Below the pieces are notes generated by a model. It was not told the origin of the DNA, made no database searches, and saw only the letters and a list, made by a program, of their open reading frames with translations. A stretch of DNA of 35,199 nucleotides, taken from a bacterium (lineage in GTDB: Bacteria > UBP15 > UBA6099 > JAJRTR01). Below are positions 27,730 through 35,199 of this stretch, piece after piece. The position numbers and the translations under genes are program-made. Numbering within the stretch: the stretch's first letter is position 1; each line of letters begins with the position of its first letter. Location of the stretch: contig JAJRTR010000067.1 of the NCBI GenBank assembly GCA_024278215.1, forward strand, positions 1-35,199, written 5' to 3'.

Positions 27730-29043
27730 TCAATCCGGTTTCGCCGGCTCGCCTTCCGGCAGCCAGCAGAAAGGCCGGTATTTTGTATTATATATGCAGG
27801 GCGGTATGAAACCGCGCTCGGCCATATAAACTTTATTGCAACGGTTCGCATCTACGAGGTCTATGGTGTCGTGTTGCCGGAAGTCCTCGACCGTCACCAG
27901 CTTGATACTGCCTGTGAGCGTGATCGCGTCCCAGTGTCGCAGAGCGCCCACGAGCAGGGCGAGTTCCGCGAATCCGCGCGGGTTGAGCAGAGCGCCAGAG
28001 GGCGTGAAGTACCTGTTCACCGGGAACGGGCCGCCGGGGCGGTTGTGCAGCAGCATCATGTGGAAACAGCTTTTCTGCTTGAAATCCTGGTGTCCCGTGA
28101 GTTTAAAAAGCCGGTTGCCGATAGCGCGTGTGTGCATGAAATCTTTCATCGTGACGCGCCCGCCCGTGCCCGATTCGATAGCGCGCAGGACATCGGGTGC
28201 GGTCGTGTCGAACTCCTCGCCGAAGTCGTCGCGCCCGACGCACGACAGAACCGTGCAGCCGAGGTGCATGATGTTGTCGCTCGCCATCATCAGGTCTATC
28301 ATCCGGCCAAGTTCACCGTCGTTGAGTCCCCTGACTACCATGCAGGCGAGACAGATTTTTATTCCCGATTCGGTAAGTACGGCGAGTGCTTTCTCCTTTA
28401 TCGCAACCAGGTCGCGGCCCCGTGTTTTTTTATAGATGGTGTCGGAAAAGCCGTCGAACTGCAGCAGCACCCATCCGAGCCCGGCATCATGAAGTGTGTC
28501 GACAAAGGCGCGGTCTGTCAGCTTTATCCCGTTGGACGCCATCTTGACGACAAAACCCATGCCGGTAACAGCGCGGATGAGGTCGGGCAGGTCTTTGCGC
28601 ACAGTCGGTTCGCCGCCGCACAGGAGAATCGTGGGAAGGGGCTCCGGCCAGTTTTCGAGACGCGCGCATATTTCGCCGATCGCGGGATCGCGTTTTTTTC
28701 TCGTGTGCGTGTTCGTGAAGCAGGCTGTGCAATTGAGATTGCAGCGCTCGGTGACATCCACCATAATTGTTTTCACGTGGCCGACGTGGCGGCGGCAGTC
28801 GAGGCAGCGCGTGATGTCGCAATCCGTGAAGTCATGGTCTGTTCGAGTTGTGCCTGCGACGCAGCGGTGGTAAAAACCGGCGTCACGGGCGAGCAGAAGG
28901 TCGAACTCTCCGTGGCGGGTGCATCGCTTGCGGATATAAACACTGCCGCCGCGCTCCACGAGTTCGGCGTCGAGCACCGCGTCGCATTCCGGACACAGGC
29001 TGCGGGTATTGCCGAGATGTTTTTCGCCGTTTATCGAACTCAG
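27730..29043 (-). CDS. Radical SAM protein with Tes/MJ0619-like architecture; probable CTG start
   Basis: TRSLCPEC...KRCTRHG N-terminal metal site, CxxxxCxxCxxH, DVTERCNLNCTACFTN, GGEPT, LQFDG, C-terminal RC...IPPCIYN. Frame is open upstream of the ORF-track start at 28977. Confidence 0.8.
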   Translation of the reverse strand: MSSINGEKHLGNTRSLCPECDAVLDAELVERGGSVYIRKRCTRHGEFDLLLARDAGFYHRCVAGTTRTDHDFTDCDITRCLDCRRHVGHVKTIMVDVTERCNLNCTACFTNTHTRKKRDPAIGEICARLENWPEPLPTILLCGGEPTVRKDLPDLIRAVTGMGFVVKMASNGIKLTDRAFVDTLHDAGLGWVLLQFDGFSDTIYKKTRGRDLVAIKEKALAVLTESGIKICLACMVVRGLNDGELGRMIDLMMASDNIMHLGCTVLSCVGRDDFGEEFDTTAPDVLRAIESGTGGRVTMKDFMHTRAIGNRLFKLTGHQDFKQKSCFHMMLLHNRPGGPFPVNRYFTPSGALLNPRGFAELALLVGALRHWDAITLTGSIKLVTVEDFRQHDTIDLVDANRCNKVYMAERGFIPPCIYNTKYRPFCWLPEGEPAKPD

Positions 29044-29069
29044 GACAAAACCACCATGAAAGCAGAATT

Positions 29070-29096
29070 ACCCGCATTGGTGAAATAAGCGGGATA
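29070..29096 (-). repeat. Dispersed repeat copy 2 (short form)
   Basis: Minus strand TATCCCGCTTATTTCACCAATGCGGGT versus TATCCCGCATATTTCACCA at 24907. Confidence 0.6.
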
Positions 29097-29418
29097 TATT
29101 ATGTATTCAATAACATTATAATATATCTTCCGTGGCGGCGGCGCGTTTTATACAATATACGTGATATTGTTTTCGGACGTCGTGCGGGGTCGAAGGGCAT
29201 ACTGAAGAAGAGAATCGAAGTGATCCGGCGGGACATTATATGTAGATGCTGTTTATGAATTCCGCGTCTGGTGCTAATATGATTAGATGTAACACTTTAG
29301 CAGCCATCTGAAGTAAAGTCGTGGAATTCCGGGGGCATGACTGTATTTTGTCCTTTAATTCCGGATCGTGCACCAGGGAATTCTTCACCTTGCTAAAGTG
29401 TTACGATTAGAGAGAAAC

Positions 29419-29488
29419 AGCCCGCATATTTCACCAATACGGGCTGGAATCGTGATGCCACCGGATTTCTTTGTGAGAAATCCGGCAT
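29419..29488 (+). repeat. Dispersed repeat copy 3 (two hairpins)
   Basis: CCCGCATATTTCACCAATACGGGCTGGAATCGTGA..CCGGATTTCTTTGTGAGAAATCCGG matches 24910-25063. Confidence 0.8.
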
Positions 29489-29506
29489 AGAGACCAATGG
29501 AGAGAA

Positions 29507-32134
29507 TTGATGAGATTCAAAGCAATGTCACAAATGGTTGTTGTCGCAGTGGCGGCGGTGATGTTAACTTCCGCTGTGAGCACAGCACGGCAATACGGAC
29601 CGAAGATGCCGTACAACATTCATGTTTTCAAGGAATACGGAGAAGAAATGGTCGGCACACCATACATACAGGGCGGCGGCGGGAAAGACGGTATTGATAA
29701 TACAGGTTTGATCACAAACGTATTCCGCCATGTGGGTGTCGTGCTGCCGCGTGATGTGATAGAGCTGTACCATTCGCAAAAGCTTGCCGATTCGTCCGAA
29801 GTGCCGCTGACATTCGGTGATCTGGTTTTTTTCGATCTCGATTATGACGACACTGTCGATTATGCAGGGATATACTGGGGCGACGGCAATATGCTGAGCG
29901 CCGATCCCACGGAAGGAAAGGCGGACATGCGCGACATATCCACAGATTTCTGGATCAACAGGCTCGAGGGCGTTCGCCGTGTTGTGGAGTCGGCACGCAT
30001 TTCCGTCGATCTTCAGTACCCTTTCGACCTCGAAGCGCTGCGCGATACGGCAAACAGTTTCCTGGATGTCCCTTACCGGTGGAATGCGAAAGAACTGGAC
30101 CTCATGGACAGTTCCGGCCTGACGTATAACATCTACAGACAGGTGGGCGTGACTATTCCGCAGACTGTCAACGGTCAATACGAGACTTCACGATTCGAGA
30201 ACGTGTCAGCGGATGACATGCGGCTTGGCGACCTTATTTTCTTTTATTCCAACAGGGCGCCCGACAAGGTCGCTCATGTCGGGATGTACTGGGACAGCGG
30301 CCTGATGATACATACGGACAGCGGCCCCGGACAGGTCGTTTTCGAGGACATTGCCACGGGCGGTCGGGCCGAACGTATAGCGGCTGTCAGGAGACTTGCC
30401 GGGCTGTCGGAACCTTTCGCCTTCGCGCCTGAATCCTCGCCTGAATCCAGACGTGAACCCGAAACCCCTGAAGATACATACATGGATCTTGTCGAGCAGA
30501 GTGTCGCCACCGCGGCAAATGGGGAGCAGCAGGAATCCCCGGAATATTTAGAGCCGCCGGCACCGCCGGTTTTGGAAACGGCTCCGGAAAAATCGCAGTC
30601 CGCAGCAGCTCCACAGAGCGATAACGCCGACACTGCGAAGACCGTTTCCGTCGAAGAAAACGCGGCGGCTGATAAAGTTGAAAAAGAAGTGGATGAAAGC
30701 GCCGGCAAGACGCATAAAAAACGAAAAAAGAAATTCGGTCCGCACTCTCGCAGGGCGAAACTTGTAACTTCGCGGCACGATAAGCAAAAAACACCGAACC
30801 CGCAGGAAGCCGCTCCCGCGCCGGAACCGGAAAATGTCGAAGTGGTGATCAGCGGGGAACGCCGATTCGAGGTAAACGACAATCCGCCGACTGTGGATGT
30901 ACCGATAACCGCGCAGACACAATTCCTGGTGAAAGAACCGGAGCCTGTGGAAGTAACGATAACGGCTGAAAAACAGTTCGAGGTAAAAGAACCGGAAATG
31001 GTCGAGGTGTCCATCACTGCGGAAAAAGAGTTCGAGGTGAAAGAGCCGGAAACAGAAGAAGTTGTTATTGCAGCGAAAGAAAGTTTTTCGGTGCGTGACG
31101 AACCGAACCCGGCGCCTGAGCTTGAGCCGGAAGCGGCGACGGTCCCGCAAAGTGCTGAAAATGAGATCCTCATCAAACTCGCAAAGATCGAATCAGCATC
31201 GCAGGCAGATGCGGAATCCGGTCCGGCACAGCAGCAGGATGAACAATTGGAGCCGAAGGAAAACTTCGCCAACAGCGTTGTGAACATCGACACAGACATG
31301 ACACAGAGCCACGCACCTGAAGTGCCCGGCGAAAAAGCAGCGCCCGATGAACCACAGGACTATCTCAGCGCAGATGTGCCTTCAACGACTGTCACAGAGA
31401 TCGAGATAGTAAAAAGAACAGAAGAGCCGCCGACGGAACCCGTAAAGGAAGAGCCTCCGAAACCGATTGTGGAGAAAGAACAGGAAGCGCGCGCGGCAAA
31501 AAACGAAGAAGCGGAAATAGTTGACGTTGAATCTGAAAAGAAAGAGGACGCCGGGCCGACTGCTCGACCGGACGCGGCCACACTGCCCGCGACGAAAAAC
31601 AACACTGCTGCACAGGCCGAACAGCCGGAGAGCGACAGCGGCTGGGTTTCGCGAATAGCAGGGAAAGCGGAGGCATCTCCGGAACTGAGCGAGATCATTG
31701 CACATTCGCCGGATAAAAAATCGGAACCAGTAACGACGGGGAAACAGTTGTTTGATCCGGCACAACTCAGGGAAGCGGCGCAGAGGATGGTCGGAGTTCC
31801 ATATAAATGGGGCGCAAAATCCACGAGCGCGACAGACAGTTCGGGCGTCGTCTTCAATATCTACAGGCTTGTCGGAATCAGAATTCCCGGATCGAGCCTG
31901 AACCAGTACAAATCAGACAAGTTCGGGATAGTGTCGAAGAAAGATATTCAATTGGGCGACATATTGTTTTTCGATATGACCGGCGCGGGCAGGCCGAACC
32001 ATGTCGCGATGTATCTGGGCAGCGGAAAGATGATTTTCGCCAGTGAATCCGCCGGAAAAGTTGTGATTCGCGATTTCGACACACCCTTCTGGCGCAAGCA
32101 TTTTATGGAAGCCAAAAGGTTGATACAAAAGTGA
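29507..32134 (+). CDS. Secreted protein with three NlpC/P60 (C40) domains and a long acidic linker
   Basis: Signal peptide; three GxPY/VPY...DxxG...GDLxFF...G[IM]YxG-type units; Glu/Pro/Ala-rich middle. Confidence 0.88.
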   Translation: MMRFKAMSQMVVVAVAAVMLTSAVSTARQYGPKMPYNIHVFKEYGEEMVGTPYIQGGGGKDGIDNTGLITNVFRHVGVVLPRDVIELYHSQKLADSSEVPLTFGDLVFFDLDYDDTVDYAGIYWGDGNMLSADPTEGKADMRDISTDFWINRLEGVRRVVESARISVDLQYPFDLEALRDTANSFLDVPYRWNAKELDLMDSSGLTYNIYRQVGVTIPQTVNGQYETSRFENVSADDMRLGDLIFFYSNRAPDKVAHVGMYWDSGLMIHTDSGPGQVVFEDIATGGRAERIAAVRRLAGLSEPFAFAPESSPESRREPETPEDTYMDLVEQSVATAANGEQQESPEYLEPPAPPVLETAPEKSQSAAAPQSDNADTAKTVSVEENAAADKVEKEVDESAGKTHKKRKKKFGPHSRRAKLVTSRHDKQKTPNPQEAAPAPEPENVEVVISGERRFEVNDNPPTVDVPITAQTQFLVKEPEPVEVTITAEKQFEVKEPEMVEVSITAEKEFEVKEPETEEVVIAAKESFSVRDEPNPAPELEPEAATVPQSAENEILIKLAKIESASQADAESGPAQQQDEQLEPKENFANSVVNIDTDMTQSHAPEVPGEKAAPDEPQDYLSADVPSTTVTEIEIVKRTEEPPTEPVKEEPPKPIVEKEQEARAAKNEEAEIVDVESEKKEDAGPTARPDAATLPATKNNTAAQAEQPESDSGWVSRIAGKAEASPELSEIIAHSPDKKSEPVTTGKQLFDPAQLREAAQRMVGVPYKWGAKSTSATDSSGVVFNIYRLVGIRIPGSSLNQYKSDKFGIVSKKDIQLGDILFFDMTGAGRPNHVAMYLGSGKMIFASESAGKVVIRDFDTPFWRKHFMEAKRLIQK
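30824..31096 (+). repeat. Five tandem ~18-aa coding repeats (EPExVEVxITAEKxFEVK)
   Basis: Visible in the translation and as ~54-bp DNA periodicity. Confidence 0.8.
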
Positions 32135-32149
32135 TTCGGCGAGATATAC

Positions 32150-32635
32150 ATGGACGCGCTTTTTGAGACAAAAACAACATCGGAACACGAAACCGAACAA
32201 CTGGGAGCGGCAATCGGCGAGATAATAGAACGAGGAACGATTGTCTGCCTGAGCGGTGAGTTGGGCGCGGGAAAAACAGTTATGGTTCGCGGCATAGCGC
32301 GGGGGCTCGGTGTCCGGGGCGCTGTGACAAGCCCCACATTCCAGCTTGTGCGCGAACACCAGGGCCGGGAACGGCTCTTCCATTTCGATTTCTACCGGCT
32401 CACGACTGCGGCCGAAGCTATCGACCTGGACATCGGGGAATGCCTTGCGACAGGTGTTGTCGCTGTCGAGTGGAGCGACAGGTTTCCCGAACTCCACTTT
32501 GCCGATTGCCTGAACCTGCACCTCGAGTGGGCTGGTGAAAATGAAAGGGATATTCGCATCACCGGCTTCAGCGGATCAGGCGAAAAACTGCATGAAGGGT
32601 TACTGAGGCTGTTAAAATTGAATGTGAAGGACTGA
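32150..32635 (+). CDS. tsaE: tRNA threonylcarbamoyladenosine biosynthesis ATPase TsaE
   Basis: LSGELGAGKT, VTSPTF, HFDFYRL, VEW. Confidence 0.95.
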   Translation: MDALFETKTTSEHETEQLGAAIGEIIERGTIVCLSGELGAGKTVMVRGIARGLGVRGAVTSPTFQLVREHQGRERLFHFDFYRLTTAAEAIDLDIGECLATGVVAVEWSDRFPELHFADCLNLHLEWAGENERDIRITGFSGSGEKLHEGLLRLLKLNVKD

Positions 32636-32739
32636 TCCTTTTGTGTTTGCGCCAGTTGTGTTGTAGCGTTGATGTCTGTGAAATAATCTGGGCCGATGAC
32701 CAATAAAAAAGCTGCAACTGTTCTCGGATGGCATTGGAA

Positions 32740-32816
32740 ATAATGCGTTAAACACCTGGAGATTCTTCGCTTCGCTCAGAATGACAACCCATGGATTTTG
32801 AGTTTAACAGCACTAT
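32740..32816. repeat. REP/MITE-like remnant between convergent genes
   Basis: GATTCTTCGCTTCGCTCAGAATGACA core flanked by imperfect inverted ends ATAATGCGTTAAAC / GTTTAACAGCACTAT. Confidence 0.6.
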
Positions 32817-32914
32817 CAGAAAATCCTGGAATGCAAAAACGTCAGTTTTTGCAAAATGCGACTTCTTCACAGTTTACTGCTGTTATCCCGCAAACAGTTA
32901 CCGGTTACCCAATT

Positions 32915-33571
32915 TTATTCAGAGCTTTTTTTCCTGCCGATGAAAAACAACCAGAGGCCCATAATGCCGAAAATATATCCCAGCCCTCCGATGAGCTTGA
33001 CTATCGACGGTCCCGCGTTTCGGCGCTGCTCGAGCAGCATATCTTTTTTTATCTTTATTTTTTCTTTCTCGATCCTGTCCTTTATCGTTTTGTTCATTAT
33101 CTCTTCCGTAATGCAATCATTGCTTATTGCAACCGGTTCCCCGGCGCTTACCGGTTGCGTCGAACGGTTGTTTATTCCCTGCGTGCCGGATGCCGCCGAA
33201 TCGGGTTCCGCACTGTCCGCAACCGGTTCACCCTCTGATGCCGGCAATTCACTTTTTTTGACGATGTACTCGGAGCGGTGCCCCTCACCTGCGTAAACGA
33301 CTATCTTCAGATCGTCCCTCGCGGGAATCGCGAATGAGAAAATACCTTCATTATCTGTTTTCCCCTCGAGCAGTTTTTTGCCGGACGAATCGAAAACCTC
33401 GACCTTCGAATTCATCGCCGGTTTGCCGCCGGAGAAAAAACTTTCCGTCATCACCGTATTGCCTTCCGCGTATGCGAAAATGTTTACCCTGTGCGCGTGC
33501 GCCGACGTCACGGACAGCACAAGCAGCGATACAGACAGAGCAATGATGAAGCGTGTGCGTGAAAAGATCAT
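32915..33571 (-). CDS. NikL/CbiL-like accessory component of a Ni/Co ECF transporter
   Basis: Signal peptide, then AHRVNIFAYAEG...FSGGKP...LLEGKTDNEGIFSF, GEGH; C-terminal TM IGGLGYIFGIMGL; ATG lies immediately after the cbiM stop. Confidence 0.75.
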   Translation of the reverse strand: MIFSRTRFIIALSVSLLVLSVTSAHAHRVNIFAYAEGNTVMTESFFSGGKPAMNSKVEVFDSSGKKLLEGKTDNEGIFSFAIPARDDLKIVVYAGEGHRSEYIVKKSELPASEGEPVADSAEPDSAASGTQGINNRSTQPVSAGEPVAISNDCITEEIMNKTIKDRIEKEKIKIKKDMLLEQRRNAGPSIVKLIGGLGYIFGIMGLWLFFIGRKKSSE

Positions 33572-33572
33572 A

Positions 33573-34196
33573 TCAACCGTCCTGTTCGGCCCGCGGAGGC
33601 AGACCAAGTATTTCCGGCTTTACTTTTTTTATGAAGCTGATTGCGCCGACCGCTATCAGCCCTTCGACAATCATAATAGGCAAATGGGCCACGACGATAA
33701 GTCGCGCTGTCTGGACAAACGATTCCTCGGTGAAGACTAGTTCAGCCGCCACCAGCAACCCGCTGAGCATCACAGGCAACGCGCCGCACAGAAACGCGCC
33801 CGTCACCGAGACCGCATTGTTTCCGCTGAAAATCATCCTGCTGAACAAGAACCGGCACATCACCGCCGGAAATGCCATGTTGAACGTGTTCACTCCCAGC
33901 ACGGTGATACCGCCGAACTGGAATAAAACAGCCTGCATGAACAGCGCGACAAGCATTGACGGAAAAGCCGCCCAACCGAGCAGAAGCCCGTTTAATCCGT
34001 TGAGAATAAGGTGCGCGCTCGACGGGCCGATAGGCACATGAATGAAAGAAGCGACAAAAAACGCCGACGACAGCAACGCCACTTTCGGTATGTCTTCCTG
34101 CTTCGTTTTCTTGAGTCCTATCGCTACGCCCACTACGGCCAGCGCCGCGCCGCCGATCAGTATCGGTGGCGAAAGGACTCCTTCCGAGATGTGCAT
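33573..34196 (-). CDS. cbiM: CbiM/NikM substrate-binding S component of a Ni/Co ECF transporter
   Basis: MHISEG N-terminus, FFVASFIHVPIGPSSAHLILNGL, LFQFGGITVLGVN. Confidence 0.92.
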   Translation of the reverse strand: MHISEGVLSPPILIGGAALAVVGVAIGLKKTKQEDIPKVALLSSAFFVASFIHVPIGPSSAHLILNGLNGLLLGWAAFPSMLVALFMQAVLFQFGGITVLGVNTFNMAFPAVMCRFLFSRMIFSGNNAVSVTGAFLCGALPVMLSGLLVAAELVFTEESFVQTARLIVVAHLPIMIVEGLIAVGAISFIKKVKPEILGLPPRAEQDG

Positions 34197-34242
34197 ATCA
34201 AACCCTATTCTAAATCGTATTTAACAATGTGCCGCCAGCGCG

Positions 34243-34269
34243 GTAACACTAATTACATATTCGTATCAC
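34243..34269. promoter_or_regulatory. Candidate NikR operator
   Basis: GTAACAC-N13(AT-rich)-GTATCAC, an imperfect widely spaced inverted repeat 46 bp upstream of cbiM/nikM. Confidence 0.5.
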
Positions 34270-34481
34270 TCTGAATTATATGAAGTTGAGGCCGGTTTGT
34301 AAAGTTTTTATTCGGAGGAAGCTCGGGAACGATAAATAGTAAGGTTCCCGTTGTTCAACGTTTTTGTTTTTCCGAACCCCGAACCCCGGACCCGACTTCC
34401 TTGTTGGAAATCAGGGATAGTATCTTGAAAAGTGGTTGAGAAAAACCCGCTCCCGATGCTCTCCTGACGGTACAATTGCAT

Positions 34482-34511
34482 TTGACATCCACAGCAGCCA
34501 AACTGTACACT
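34482..34511 (+). promoter_or_regulatory. Sigma70-type promoter candidate
   Basis: TTGACA-18 bp-TACACT, 90 bp upstream of 34602. Confidence 0.45.
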
Positions 34512-34601
34512 GCGAATAAAGATTATCCCTCACCCGCAATGAGAGTTTTTGTGTAGTGAGAAAACGCAGGTAAACCGTGAAAGAAAAGAGCTGAACTGCT
34601 T

Positions 34602-35180
34602 ATGCAGAAAAGCACGGATCAGGACAGAAAAGATATGCTCGTCGCAATACCGGCCGCGGCACTATTCATTGTCATTGGCATAGTGCTGGTCTACGCTGGT
34701 TTTTATTTCTACAACGACATCCAGTCTGTCAGGAAAAACGGCATAAAAACCGAAGGGGTTATCGTCAGGTATGAGCGGCGCGGAAATAGAACCATATCTG
34801 AACGTGAAAATGGAATGTTTGTAGTTCCTATCGTTCAGTTTCAAACAGCAACAGGCCAGGTGGTTGTAGTAGAGGGCAAGGTGGACAACACATCGGTTTT
34901 ACAAAATCTCTGTGAGACTGGAGAGCAGGTTGAAATTATTTACGACCCGCAAAATCCTGAACATGCCGTAATCAACACCTTCGCGGAACTATGGTTCGTG
35001 CCTCTGCTTGCGTGGTTTATCGGTGTTGCATTTATTATTGTTCCTCCTTTTACAATCTGGAAATATTACAGAGAGAAAAGAACTGGACAGTACCAAGTTT
35101 ACCATCAAGCTGCAAGGCGAAAGTCAGGTAATCTACCAGGGTCGGCGTTTTCGAGGATGAATAACGCAAGGTCGGCCTGA
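34602..35180 (+). CDS. DUF3592-like membrane protein
   Basis: TM, then TEGVIV...PIVQFQTATG...GEQVEIIYDPQNPEHAVIN, then TM. Confidence 0.75.
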   Translation: MQKSTDQDRKDMLVAIPAAALFIVIGIVLVYAGFYFYNDIQSVRKNGIKTEGVIVRYERRGNRTISERENGMFVVPIVQFQTATGQVVVVEGKVDNTSVLQNLCETGEQVEIIYDPQNPEHAVINTFAELWFVPLLAWFIGVAFIIVPPFTIWKYYREKRTGQYQVYHQAARRKSGNLPGSAFSRMNNARSA

Positions 35181-35199
35181 TTATCCCCGGCAAAGAGAA

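Noticed and set aside
27280-29088. 602-aa plus-strand ORF (also 26028..27110)
   Set aside because: Antisense shadows of well-supported rSAM genes; no recognisable motifs.
34372-34396. CCGAACC heptamer-like run
   Set aside because: Short and degenerate; no supportable function.

Overview
Bacterial genomic window, rich in radical SAM (rSAM) genes, with eight of them between 12.3 and 29.0 kb. Left end (1-2.6 kb): a sterol-desaturase-family gene plus mobile-element debris (a MITE/REP-like repeat and two fused transposase fragments). 2.7-13.6 kb: a cell-envelope block with three GT-C-like polytopic membrane proteins, two paralogous secreted NTF2-like proteins and a B12-binding rSAM. The centrepiece (13.7-23.3 kb, minus strand) is an expanded His-Xaa-Ser (Hxs)-type RiPP-like operon: two HxsD-like genes, hxsB, three paralogous ~275-aa precursors, two further rSAMs, a DUF483-like protein and a TPR-rSAM fusion. 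Each precursor carries 27-28 His, nearly all as H-x-S/N on a conserved 6/9-residue register. To the right: two more B12-rSAMs, an enoyl-CoA isomerase/hydratase, a Tes/MJ0619-like rSAM that apparently needs a non-canonical start codon, a triple NlpC/P60 protein lacking the catalytic Cys in all three domains, tsaE, a nikM-nikL-like pair with a candidate NikR site, and a DUF3592-like gene. Family calls come from recognising motifs by eye; no database search was run.
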